The translations under genes were made by a program, and so were the position numbers. The notes beneath the pieces are model-generated. The model saw only the letters and a list, made by a program, of their open reading frames with translations. It made no database searches and was not told the origin of the DNA. A stretch of DNA of 50,282 nucleotides from an uncultured bacterium (GTDB lineage Bacteria > Armatimonadota > UBA5829), in NCBI GenBank assembly GCA_964431685.1, contig CAYSLA010000005.1, positions 1 through 50,282 on the forward strand. Reading direction: 5' to 3'. Shown here in pieces: positions 8,471 to 17,753 of the stretch (its first letter is position 1; each line of letters starts with the position of its first letter).

Positions 8471-9786
8471 GGGCAGCGGTGATTGAAGCACCTGGAGTGC
8501 TGAAGATATGGGACATCCCCCAGCCCGTTCCGGGCGAGTATGACGCGTTGTGTGAGAATCTCTACGGAGCGACCTGCACCGGGACAGACACTCATCTCAT
8601 ACGCAATACGTTTCCCTGGGGATGCACGTACCCTGCGATCCTGGGACACGAGAGCATCGGTCGCGTAATCGAATGCGGTAGCAAGGTGAGGAATCTGCGA
8701 GTCGGGGACTTGGTCACGCGAGTGAGCGCACCAGCCGATCCGACAATCGGGCTGTCTGTAAGCTGGGGCGGCTTCGCCCAATACGGAATTGCCCGCGATC
8801 ACTGGGCTATGCGCGCAGATGGACTGAAGCGCAGCCTTTGGAATTCGTACAGACCGAATCAGGTCATTCCACCAAACTTCGACCCCGCAGCCGCCACCAT
8901 GATAATCACGTGGAGAGAGACTCTGAGCTACGTCAGTCGGATGAGGATACACAAAGGAAGCAGAGTCTTAGTTCTAGGCACGGGGGCAAATGGGCTGTCA
9001 ATCGCAAATCAGGCAGCCAACGCCGAGGCGCAGGCGGTTCTGGTGGTCGGATCCACGGCAAGAAAAGAGGCTGCGATGAGGGTTGGAGCCACCGACTTCC
9101 GCGACTACAAGAGCACGGCGCCTGACAAGCACGGTGCCTGGACAAGAGTGTCCAGGCCTACCGCCGCCTCTGCGCCTGACAGTCTGAAGGCCGACTACCC
9201 CGATGGTTTCGACTTCATAATCGACGCAGTAGGAAAGAGGGACAACCTGAACACCTATCTGCCAATGCTGCGTGCAGGCGGAACAGTTGGCGTCTATGGC
9301 ATCGACGACTACAACATCTACAGTATGAACCCACTGCTCCCCGGAGGAAGCTTCACGTTCTTCAACGGAGGCTATGACGAAGAGGAATCGCACGCCAGGG
9401 TCGTTGATCTAATACGAACCGGCGGCCTCAGGGCGGACGACTACCTTACGCAAGGCAATATTGTCCCGCTTGATGATATCGAGCAGGCCTATGCCGTCTC
9501 TCTGGGATTGCAAGCACATCAAGACAGTTGTCGGTCTGACATGAACCCATCCCGGCCCACTTTCGACACGGGATGGGTGAATGCGCTACCACGGGTTCGA
9601 GGGAGCCATCTTCCAAGCCGTGATTTCTCTGAATTGCGTATCGGAGCCGCGGGAGAACAGGCACACGCCCATGTCTTCAGGCTCGTAGTCGTGCTGTTTG
9701 AGCATGGCTTGGCGATCATTGACGAAGACTTCCACAATACGCCTGTCAACGAATATCCGCAGAGATATGTCCTCACGCGGCTCTAA
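8467..9786 (+). CDS. zinc-type (MDR) alcohol dehydrogenase family protein; 3' end probably frameshifted
   Basis: The start ATG overlaps the previous stop (ATGA at 8467-8470). Motifs GHESIGRV and LVLGTGANGL are present. The tail after ~9500 loses homology and overlaps the convergent GH32 gene. An alternative frame ends WDCKHIKTVVGLT* at 9544. Confidence 0.7.
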   Translation: MRAAVIEAPGVLKIWDIPQPVPGEYDALCENLYGATCTGTDTHLIRNTFPWGCTYPAILGHESIGRVIECGSKVRNLRVGDLVTRVSAPADPTIGLSVSWGGFAQYGIARDHWAMRADGLKRSLWNSYRPNQVIPPNFDPAAATMIITWRETLSYVSRMRIHKGSRVLVLGTGANGLSIANQAANAEAQAVLVVGSTARKEAAMRVGATDFRDYKSTAPDKHGAWTRVSRPTAASAPDSLKADYPDGFDFIIDAVGKRDNLNTYLPMLRAGGTVGVYGIDDYNIYSMNPLLPGGSFTFFNGGYDEEESHARVVDLIRTGGLRADDYLTQGNIVPLDDIEQAYAVSLGLQAHQDSCRSDMNPSRPTFDTGWVNALPRVRGSHLPSRDFSELRIGAAGEQAHAHVFRLVVVLFEHGLAIIDEDFHNTPVNEYPQRYVLTRL

Positions 9787-11013
9787 CTCCAACGGCGCGG
9801 CCGTATCCCCGAGCTTGATCGTCTTGTTCGCCGGTTCGACGGCAACGTCGATGCCGCTGGAGTCGTTGTCGCCGGCGTGCACCATTATGCCGAAGCTCTG
9901 GGCATCGCCCTGTGCAGGAGTGGCCATGATCTCGATGGTGTCACCAAAGATATCTTTCAGGCGGTAAGGCATGCCGGATTCGACGGTTATGTCCGACTCG
10001 AGTGTCATTCCATACCTGAGTTGCTCAAGCTCCCGCAGTGGCTTGATGCGCAGCACGCCATCGCTGGGAAGGCTCAACTCGCGCGGCAGGCTCTGAATAC
10101 CGTCCCACAGGCTGTTCCCGCCACCCATACACCACGCCCAGATCACACGTCGCCCGTCAGGCGTAAGCAGACTCTCGGGCGCAAAGAAATCCAGTAATGC
10201 CAAATCTTCGCCCTTCTGACCCCAGTTCATTCGCGCGTGGAAATCCGGCTTGAACTGCTCGTTCTCCCATTCGCCCAGATAGTATCGACAGCCCAGGTTG
10301 TGGCTTATGCACAGCAACATATACTTGTCGCCGATCTTGAAGAAGTTCGGGCAGGATACGTCTTCGTCAGCCTGCACGTCCGGCATCTCGGTGCCCATGA
10401 ACAAGCCCACATAGTCCCAGTGGAGCAGATCCGTCGACTTCATCAGAGTGGGCGGCTTGCCGCTGCCGGGAGTACCTCCAAAGATGGCATAGTAAGTGTC
10501 GCCCTCAAGCCAGCAGTCCGGGTCCCAGTGAGCTATATGGCTGTCGTCCTGGCCTGGACGGATACGCGGCTCAATCGCACAGGGTGCATTCCAGTGATCG
10601 AGCTCGTCGTCGGCAGCGATGGCAATCTGGTTCCTTTCTGACTGGTAACCGTGGTAGATGATGGTGGGAATGCCCTCTTTGTTGAGAAAACAGGTGCCGC
10701 TGAACATACCGTGTCCCATGGTCTGAGGGCTAAGAGACAGGGGATGCCAGCGCCAGTGCACCATATCGGCACTCGAGACGTGCGCATAGCTGCACCCACC
10801 GCCATCGTCGACGATATAGTGCAGATGATACAAGCCTTTGTGGTAGATGGCGCAGTTCGGGTCGGCGGGAAAGGCCCTGCCTTCCGGGTTCACCAAGTGG
10901 TAGGTTGGCCGGCTGCGGTCGGCGATCAGCCTCTTGCGGAAGCTTCGATAGGCTCCGACCTCTTCGGGCGTGGCTTCTACGGTCATAGACGGGGAGACTT
11001 GTTGCGAAAGCAT
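9586..11013 (-). CDS. glycoside hydrolase family 32 (beta-fructofuranosidase/levanase-like)
   Basis: Motifs: YHLVNPEG..ADPN..YHKGLYHLHY, WDP (RDP position), SCPNFF (EC motif), and the C-terminal sandwich LRIFVDRRIVEVFVND. Start chosen at the internal ATG 11013, which has RBS AGGAGA; the track start is 11124. Confidence 0.8.
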   Translation of the reverse strand: MLSQQVSPSMTVEATPEEVGAYRSFRKRLIADRSRPTYHLVNPEGRAFPADPNCAIYHKGLYHLHYIVDDGGGCSYAHVSSADMVHWRWHPLSLSPQTMGHGMFSGTCFLNKEGIPTIIYHGYQSERNQIAIAADDELDHWNAPCAIEPRIRPGQDDSHIAHWDPDCWLEGDTYYAIFGGTPGSGKPPTLMKSTDLLHWDYVGLFMGTEMPDVQADEDVSCPNFFKIGDKYMLLCISHNLGCRYYLGEWENEQFKPDFHARMNWGQKGEDLALLDFFAPESLLTPDGRRVIWAWCMGGGNSLWDGIQSLPRELSLPSDGVLRIKPLRELEQLRYGMTLESDITVESGMPYRLKDIFGDTIEIMATPAQGDAQSFGIMVHAGDNDSSGIDVAVEPANKTIKLGDTAAPLELEPREDISLRIFVDRRIVEVFVNDRQAMLKQHDYEPEDMGVCLFSRGSDTQFREITAWKMAPSNPW

Positions 11014-11169
11014 AGGAATATCTCTCCTGAATGCAATTGTTGGTGTTCGGCGGCTGCCAGGCAGGCGAAGCAAACGCGCATCCTGCCAACGCCAATTATG
11101 GTCTTTGGCAGGATACGCTGTCAAACGAGACGGCTAACGATTGCCGTAAGAGCCGCCGTCTCGCCGAGT

Positions 11170-11266
11170 ACTACGTCATGCCGGTCCTGAATCAAGTTCA
11201 GGATATCCGGCAACCATCCGGAGAAGGGATGGGCCCTGAAACGAGTTCAGGGTGACGTGGTTTCTC
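11170..11266. repeat. composite palindromic element, copy A (multi-hairpin, closing stem ACGTCA/TGACGT)
   Basis: Shares its flanks and central hairpin with 20843-20925: ACTACGTCATGCCGG...CCGGCA[A/C]CCATCCGGAGAAGGGATGGG...AGTTCAGG[G/A]TGACGTGGTTTCTC. It contains CCTGAATCAAGTTCAGG and CCCTGAAACGAGTTCAGGG. Confidence 0.8.
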
Positions 11267-11307
11267 GCATTGACGGCAGCTCTGATGACGATTGCCCGCT
11301 GCAGGCG

Positions 11308-12426
11308 CTATGGTTCCACGATTCGCACAATGTCCGAGGAAGCTCTCACGAGCAGTAGAGGATGGAGACTGCCGTCGGGCGCCTTCGTGCAAGAGGATAT
11401 TGCCGTTATCGCCACATAGGAACCAACTGGCACGGGGCTTATACTCGATGGCACACTCACCGCCATATCCGCTCCGGAACCATCGCTGATCTTGATGCCA
11501 GAGCCGGTTTGCTCTGTAACAACCCCGGTTGTCCGCACCAGTAGCCCTATGTTGCACGGCCCGATGCCTCCCACGACCCCGCGCTGGCCGGTTCCTCTGA
11601 GTGGGTCATAGAACCAGTCGGCCCCGCCAAGCGAGGCGTTGTTCATCGCCAGTGGAGCGATGCTGCCGCTTGCCGTCCTCACCGCGGCGCTAGCGTTTAT
11701 GCAGCGTTCGCCGTCATTTGTGGTCGACGCGACCCCAGCCACAGTTACGCGGGAGCCCGCCGCTAGTCTGTTGTTGGGCCAGTTGACCCGGATTCCGTGA
11801 GACCGATCTTCCGATTCGACATAGAACATATCGGCAAAGGATCGCGTGATCACCGCTCCTTCCATGTTCACGGGCACTCCATCCGGAGCCAGTTTCGAGC
11901 TCCTTATGCCAGTGTAGCTGCCGATAACGGTAAGATCATCCACCGCAAGACCGCCGGGCCCACTGCCCGGGTGTCCGCTCAGAGCAATGCCGGCGCCCTG
12001 GGTCCACCGGTCGGCCGATGAGTCACTGACCGTTGCCGAGTGGCTGACAGGAAGCCCGTTCGCGCTGACACCATCCCACATTATCGTCAGATCGGTCTTG
12101 GACGAGCCGACGTCCACTTTGACAGACAGGGTGGACCACTTCGCGAGATCAACGCCAGTGTGCGGGCTCGAAGCGTTTGTGTATAGGCTGGTCACTGTGC
12201 CGTCGGCGTTCACGCGGTTGATCATCAGCACAAGCGAGCCGCTGCTGATGCTTGTCGCCCTGGCCTCGTATCCGTAGTACGTGGGAGGTGCGCCTTGCGC
12301 CTGCGGGCAGGGGCCGTTGTTGCCGTGGCCACAGGCTGACCGATGGCGAGCCGGTGCCGGTAAAGCGAGCCCGAACACTCGCGACATACGATGGGCTTGA
12401 CAGCGGCATCCCTCGCCGCCGACCAC
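11308..12426 (-). CDS. hypothetical protein, paralog of the decayed gene at 15446-16270
   Basis: 372-aa ORF. Motifs shared with the 15.4-16.3 kb locus: DL[AN]KWSTL, SGSIAPLA[ML]NN, GIG..NIGLLVRTTG, ISSC. No signal peptide is seen and the true start is uncertain. Confidence 0.55.
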   Translation of the reverse strand: MVGGEGCRCQAHRMSRVFGLALPAPARHRSACGHGNNGPCPQAQGAPPTYYGYEARATSISSGSLVLMINRVNADGTVTSLYTNASSPHTGVDLAKWSTLSVKVDVGSSKTDLTIMWDGVSANGLPVSHSATVSDSSADRWTQGAGIALSGHPGSGPGGLAVDDLTVIGSYTGIRSSKLAPDGVPVNMEGAVITRSFADMFYVESEDRSHGIRVNWPNNRLAAGSRVTVAGVASTTNDGERCINASAAVRTASGSIAPLAMNNASLGGADWFYDPLRGTGQRGVVGGIGPCNIGLLVRTTGVVTEQTGSGIKISDGSGADMAVSVPSSISPVPVGSYVAITAISSCTKAPDGSLHPLLLVRASSDIVRIVEP

Positions 12427-15058
12427 TACTGCTTCTCTATCACCAGGAGCCGCAACCCCATAGGGTCAATCGTCACGGATGCCCTGTTATTGGTTAGTTC
12501 CACGTCGGAATTGCCCAAATAGTCCTTGCACGCAGTCGAGAGTCCAGTGAACGCGCTCATATCCAGGGTGACACTCTGCGGCTTGTCAGACCAGTAGTTG
12601 GAGACAACCAGCACAAGCGCCTTTTCGGTATCATAGTAACTCACGAAGACCTCGTCATTGTCCTTTGACACCAGGCTCTTTTTGTTGAAGAACGCAGTAA
12701 ACGTATCGGACGAGAGCTGATACTTGTCATACAACGCCCACATTCGCTGGCTGTAGTTGCCGTATCCCAGCGCCACGCTGCGAGTGTACGCGTCCACAAG
12801 CAACCCCTGAGCCCAGGTCGTGACGATGGGAGTCTCCGGCCTTCGCAGCAGATCGCACGGAACGCCATAAAGCTTTCCATTCATCATCGCACGCAACGCG
12901 CCCGGCTCGGTTCTGGCCATGGGCTCTTTGAATATGGAGCCCTCTCCAGTCCAGTAGGCGCTGATAAGCCCCATCCTTAACGGGTCGGGCCATCCTAAGT
13001 GGCTATCGATGATAAACTCCGGATCTTTCTTCATGCCCTCGTTGTAGATATACTCCATCAGTCTACGATGTTTTCGGATAGCAAACGTACTGATCAGGCG
13101 TCCATACGGATCCACCGTGCCGCATCCGTGCTTTGCGTTAACACACGCAGTCCAACCCAGCCCACCATCGAAGAACACTCCGCTGCCGTCATAGTGGCGG
13201 ACGGCCTGTATGATGCCTCGCGCAAAGAAGTCTCCAAACTCGCTGTTATAGCAGACACCGTAAGATAGCTGTTCGGGGTCTCCAACTCCCTGGTAGATCG
13301 CCAAGCTATACCCTCCAAGATCGGGGTATCCGTTTGGTCTGGCAAGAAACAGATCGTGACACAGTGGAAACTCCGGAATCATATTGGATATCTGAAGGCC
13401 GAAATACGCGATCGTCTTCAAACCATTGGCGCTTCGCCGCGGCGACATAATGCGGCATGTCATCTTCTCTGGCTCCCACCCAGTAGCTGTGATAGTCGGT
13501 CCAGTTTTCGTGGGCGAGAGTAATCTTCACGCCGCTGCCCGCAAGATGTTGGATGAAGCTGCTCTTCTCTCCTGTCGGCGATGTCGCAGTTGGCACATAA
13601 GCTTTGCGGTGATTATTGCAGTCCATCCGGTAGTATGCGTGAAAATCTCTAGTGTCGTTGCGAAGCGGAACTGGAATCATTCCGAATCCGAAGTTTACCT
13701 CGTGGCGCTTCCATCGGGTTTTGCCGTCACTAGTTCGAAGTCTAATCGTAGCACGGCCATCCGGAGTGCGCTCAACTCCGCAGCCTCGATCGTAGTTGCT
13801 CAGATTCCAGCCCACCGGGCCCTCGTTGCATACAAAGAGACCGCGGTATGCTTCGTTCGTATCGGTGGCCAACCCCATATATGAAGTCATGGGCAAGTCG
13901 GTCTTGTCCGTAGGCCTCCCGCATTCTACCGAACGTCTGGCATTCACTGTAGGGACGCGTGCTTACGGGCTTGGCGGGCGATTTTCGGCAAATCAGCATC
14001 CCAAGACAATCCATCGTGACTGCCGCAGGATATCACGATCCAGCTTCAGAGGAATGACCACCTCCAGGTGTCCGTATTCAAAGGAGTTCTTCGATGAGAT
14101 CTTTACATCGTACCAGGTGAAACCGTCATATCGATGATCCGCGGTCACCGTGACAGACTTTCCATCGACTTCGCCTACCGACTGCAACACGATGGCGTTC
14201 TTGTTTCTCGATATGACAGCGACCTTACCGCCGATAGGCAACTTCTTCCCATCAAATAGCAGGTGGATGGGCTTATCCAGAATCCCCCGGGAATCGACCT
14301 CAATCTGGTTTGCAGGTTAACCGTGCTTATCTTGTCCCTGCCCGGCAGGATCTTCTCGGCAACAGTGCGGGACGAACTCCCGGGAACCTCAATCTTGGTT
14401 CCCCCCACTTCAACTGCGTGGATTTCGGCAGTCGGATTCTTGACCACGCAGTCAACAGGGAGCGACACATTTCCTCGTGTATCATACTTAACGGCCCCGA
14501 TGCCCACTTTCTCCACGAACGGCAAGGACTTTTGAGAGAACCAAAGTCTGGAATGGCGCCACGGCGAATGCAGACGGAGTAATGACGGCAAGACAAGTAG
14601 AAACTGTTGACCGGCGAACCACTGTAAACCGCCACCAAAGCCTTCAAGGTTGTGCTCGCAGAGGAATCGAATCCTATATCCAAATACGGTATCTTGATCC
14701 GGACCCGCCAGCAATCTCGCTGCCATCCGGACATCGCTGGTTGCCATGCCGTTCCACGTGCGGTCCTGTATCTTTTCATCAGCGAAAGTGCCCAGAACAT
14801 TCACGGCATAGTGAAAATAGGGACTATCCTCGGAGGCCTTCAGATAGAGCTCCACACGGTCGTCACGGCAAGATGTTGCCATCCCGTTCGCTTGATCCTG
14901 TAGGTTTCCAGCTCGACTTCACAGATACCGTAAACACGAAGTTGAGACCATCTGCGTCGTAGTTCACCGACCATGTCCCAATAAACGCCCTTGGGCAGAG
15001 ATATCCAGTTGGCTCCCGTGGAATCACAGGCGAATACTGTCTGCCGCCGGATAGTCAA
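12426..15058 (-). pseudogene. decayed putative glycoside hydrolase (CBM9-like N-terminus plus a domain homologous to the C-terminal half of 45483-48461), multiple frameshifts
   Basis: Homologous segments are spread over at least five frames (track ORFs 14840-15058, 14175-14882, 14327-14800, 13993-14241, 13306-13947, 12426-13463). One example is HYVAAAKR switching frame to NGLKTIAYFGLQ near 13430. Confidence 0.65.
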
Positions 15059-15318
15059 GATCGCTCATACGGCACTGGAGGCGACTCGTAAGTGTTGAAC
15101 AGGGCTGGCGTTCCATCCATAGCTGCCGTCTGCCATATTGGCCCCACGTCACCAGAAAATCAGTCTTGGTCGTGGGTTTGTAGTCCGCGGTCTGCCTTGC
15201 TTTTTCCCTGGCCTTGGCAAAGACCGGGAACGCCAGTCGCTGCCAGTATGGCTATGATAGCAATGACAACAAGCAACTCAATCAGGGTGAAGGCCGAGCG
15301 GTTTGTTCTGGTATTCAT
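15059..15318 (-). pseudogene. prepilin-type N-terminal cleavage/methylation domain protein, frameshifted and shortened
   Basis: RBS AAGGAG, then ATG at 15318: [27 protein letters not shown]. The expected continuation [17 protein letters not shown] is in another frame. The 3' boundary is uncertain. Confidence 0.6.
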
Positions 15319-15445
15319 CACACAATCTCCTTATGCTATAGTTCCGGCTAACGGGAGGTCCGGCAATCGCCGAGTCGACTTGTCAAGGGTGAGCAAGTCG
15401 CCGGAGTCAGAATCGCCGAATGCTCGGACACACACCGCCTGAAGG

Positions 15446-16270
15446 TCAAGTGTCCACTATCCATTGACTCTGACTGCCGGTATCTCGACTTGCGGTCTCT
15501 ACGGCAATAAGCGTGGCGAGAACAACTCGCAACGTATCCCCGCCGATCTTCTCACAGGAACTAATGCCTGTGACAGTCACGTAAGTGGCGCCAGATGGAA
15601 CCGTTCCATAGACTTTCACGGTTGCGCCGTATCCGTCGTCGATCATAAACCATCCCGCTGACGGATTCTTCTCGCCGACTCTCCCAGTAGTCCTCACGAG
15701 GAGGCCAATATTGTTCAAGCCTATACCACCGGCAGACGCCGGGTTGCCTGGATCCGCTGATGCTTCCGAAATCACCACCGCCGAGAGCCTTGTTGTTAAG
15801 CGCCAGCGGGGCAATCGACCCGCTGCCAACAACCACATGCTTGACCGCGAAGATGTAGCGCTCACCAGACGGAAGTGTCGGCAGCAGTGCCCGAAACACT
15901 GACCTTCTGGCCGACAGCCACTCCGGAACTGACGCCCACGACGCGAATGCCGAATGTCCGGTCGGTTGACCCGAAGTAGAACCCGTCAGAGAGCACCGCT
16001 GTGACCACCGCCGTGCAGGAAACACCCGCATTGTCGGCTGAGGGGTCGCCGCCAAGGCCATAGAGCCCAAGCCCGGTGCCAGACGTCCATCTTTCTGGCG
16101 ACGTATCATGGTAGTCGTATGAAACGCTCAGAGGGTTGTTACTCGCGTCAAAGCCGTCAGACTGCAGCTTGATATACGTCTCACCCGCAAGTACATCGAC
16201 TGTCGCCGTAAGGGTTGACCACTTATTGAGGTCCGTACCCTCCAAGGGGTCCGCCCCATGGCTGAACAGA
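15446..16270 (-). pseudogene. paralog of 11308-12426, 5'-truncated with two internal frameshifts
   Basis: Homology runs through three frames (15862-16305, 15561-16109, 15446-15865). The N-terminal part is replaced by the ISL3 remnant. Confidence 0.7.
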
Positions 16271-16495
16271 GATGCTTGCCGACCATATCGACGGATTGCT
16301 GGCATATATCAAACACAACATAACCAACTCCTATGCGGAGTCCATAAACGGAATGATTCAACTACTAAAAGCCAATGCACGAGGCTTTCGAAGATTCGAG
16401 AACTTCAGGGTAGCCATACTGTTTAACTACGGCAAACTGCATCTCTACCCACAAGAAATCTCATAGAGCCTCGTTTTTCTTGCTGCCGGGCTGGG
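16266..16495 (+). mobile_element. ISL3-family IS remnant (transposase C-terminal ~65 aa plus probable right end)
   Basis: ORF 16272-16466 reads DHIDGLLAYIKHNITNSYAESINGMIQLLKANARGFRRFENFRVAILFNYGKLHLYP, which matches the ISL3 transposase C-terminal signature. The frame opens immediately after a stop, so the rest of the transposase is absent. Confidence 0.65.
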
Positions 16496-16582
16496 CAAGT
16501 GGCAGCAGTTGGGGATGAAATGGCGGTGGGGCGCCGGCACCAGTCGTGGAAGCGGCGTGCCTTGGCGGACGCGAACGAACCT

Positions 16583-17737
16583 TCAGCGAACGTTTGTATG
16601 CGCACCGCCGCCCGTAAGGCTGCGAGAATGTTCGGCTACTCGTCTAATCCTGTCGAATAGCGCGTCGGTAGGCGCGTTATCCCCGAAACCGAGGATGAAT
16701 CGGTCCAACGGCCCGAGGGCATCGGTCATACTCTGCAGGTAACTCTCGAACTCAGACTCGCTGAAGACCGGCGTGAATATAACGGAGGGCAACCCGCCCC
16801 ACATTGTCACGCGGTCTTTCCACAATTCTCGAGTCTGCCGCAGGTCAATTGTCGTCATTGGTTGAGGAGTAAGCGCCTCGACCACCTGGACCCCACACTC
16901 CATCAGCAGCTTGAGAAGAACCCTCATCTCGCCGTCGCCGTGGACTACCAGTATCTTGCCTGCTTTGCTCAGCACCTCACGCGCATCCCGGTAGAATGGC
17001 GCGAAGAACCTCTCGAAGACGGGCGGCGGAGTCATCTCTTCATCGTAGTTCGCGCCAATTTCGATGGCCTGCGCCGGACAGCGACTCGCGAGGTCAAGTA
17101 TCTCGCTCTGCTGCCGTTGGATGGCGCTGATCAGCCGTTCAACTCTGGCCTCATTCTCGTAGAGCTCGTAGTAGAACTGCTCATAGCCCATATACTTGAT
17201 CATCAGTTGATGAGCCGGGAGATGTCCCGAGAAAGGCAGCGCGATACCGTCGGTACCGATGGATTCCACAAACCTGCCATAGACATCATAGTTCTCGGTG
17301 ATCTTCGTGTGGTCGAAGAGGTATTCCAAAGCATCGTAGTCTGCCGGACTCTTGAAGGGAAACACCGTCCGTGCCGCGGTGCCGGCAGCGTCCATCATTT
17401 CCTCGGACATCACATCCACGGAGCTAAGCTCGCCGTATGGGGTGACGATGTATGTGACTGTCTCGCCATACTTGGTGCTGGTATCGATCTCAACATCAGC
17501 AAACTGCGACTTGTAGAACGAGATGTCCCACGCCCCGAAGCCAAAGATGCCGATGTCCAAGTCTCTTTGAATATCCCAGAGCTCGGCGTGTTCGTAGGGC
17601 GCGGGAAGTGTTCCGCAGTTCCTATGATATGAATACCAAAGGTCCATTCGGGCGCTGAATGGAACCCTGTCCACGGCCTCGCCCCGCATCGCCGCCAGCG
17701 CGAGATCACGATGATTGGTCATTCGTCGGTCCTCCAT
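16583..17737 (-). CDS. uroporphyrinogen decarboxylase (URO-D)/MtaA-like family protein
   Basis: 384-aa intact ORF with a URO-D-like layout (...VVHGDGEMRVLLKLLMECGVQVVEALTPQPM...). The call rests on motif resemblance only. Confidence 0.55.
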   Translation of the reverse strand: MEDRRMTNHRDLALAAMRGEAVDRVPFSARMDLWYSYHRNCGTLPAPYEHAELWDIQRDLDIGIFGFGAWDISFYKSQFADVEIDTSTKYGETVTYIVTPYGELSSVDVMSEEMMDAAGTAARTVFPFKSPADYDALEYLFDHTKITENYDVYGRFVESIGTDGIALPFSGHLPAHQLMIKYMGYEQFYYELYENEARVERLISAIQRQQSEILDLASRCPAQAIEIGANYDEEMTPPPVFERFFAPFYRDAREVLSKAGKILVVHGDGEMRVLLKLLMECGVQVVEALTPQPMTTIDLRQTRELWKDRVTMWGGLPSVIFTPVFSESEFESYLQSMTDALGPLDRFILGFGDNAPTDALFDRIRRVAEHSRSLTGGGAHTNVR

Positions 17738-17753
17738 CGGCAGATTGCGTCGC

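Noticed and set aside
11031-11255. Short ORFs through the composite elements that give similar peptides (…PSGEGMGP… on plus, …EKPRHPEL… on minus) at 11.2 and 20.9 kb
   Set aside because: The similarity is explained by the shared DNA repeat. The frames have no RBS, are not conserved outside the repeat, and differ in where they start and stop.
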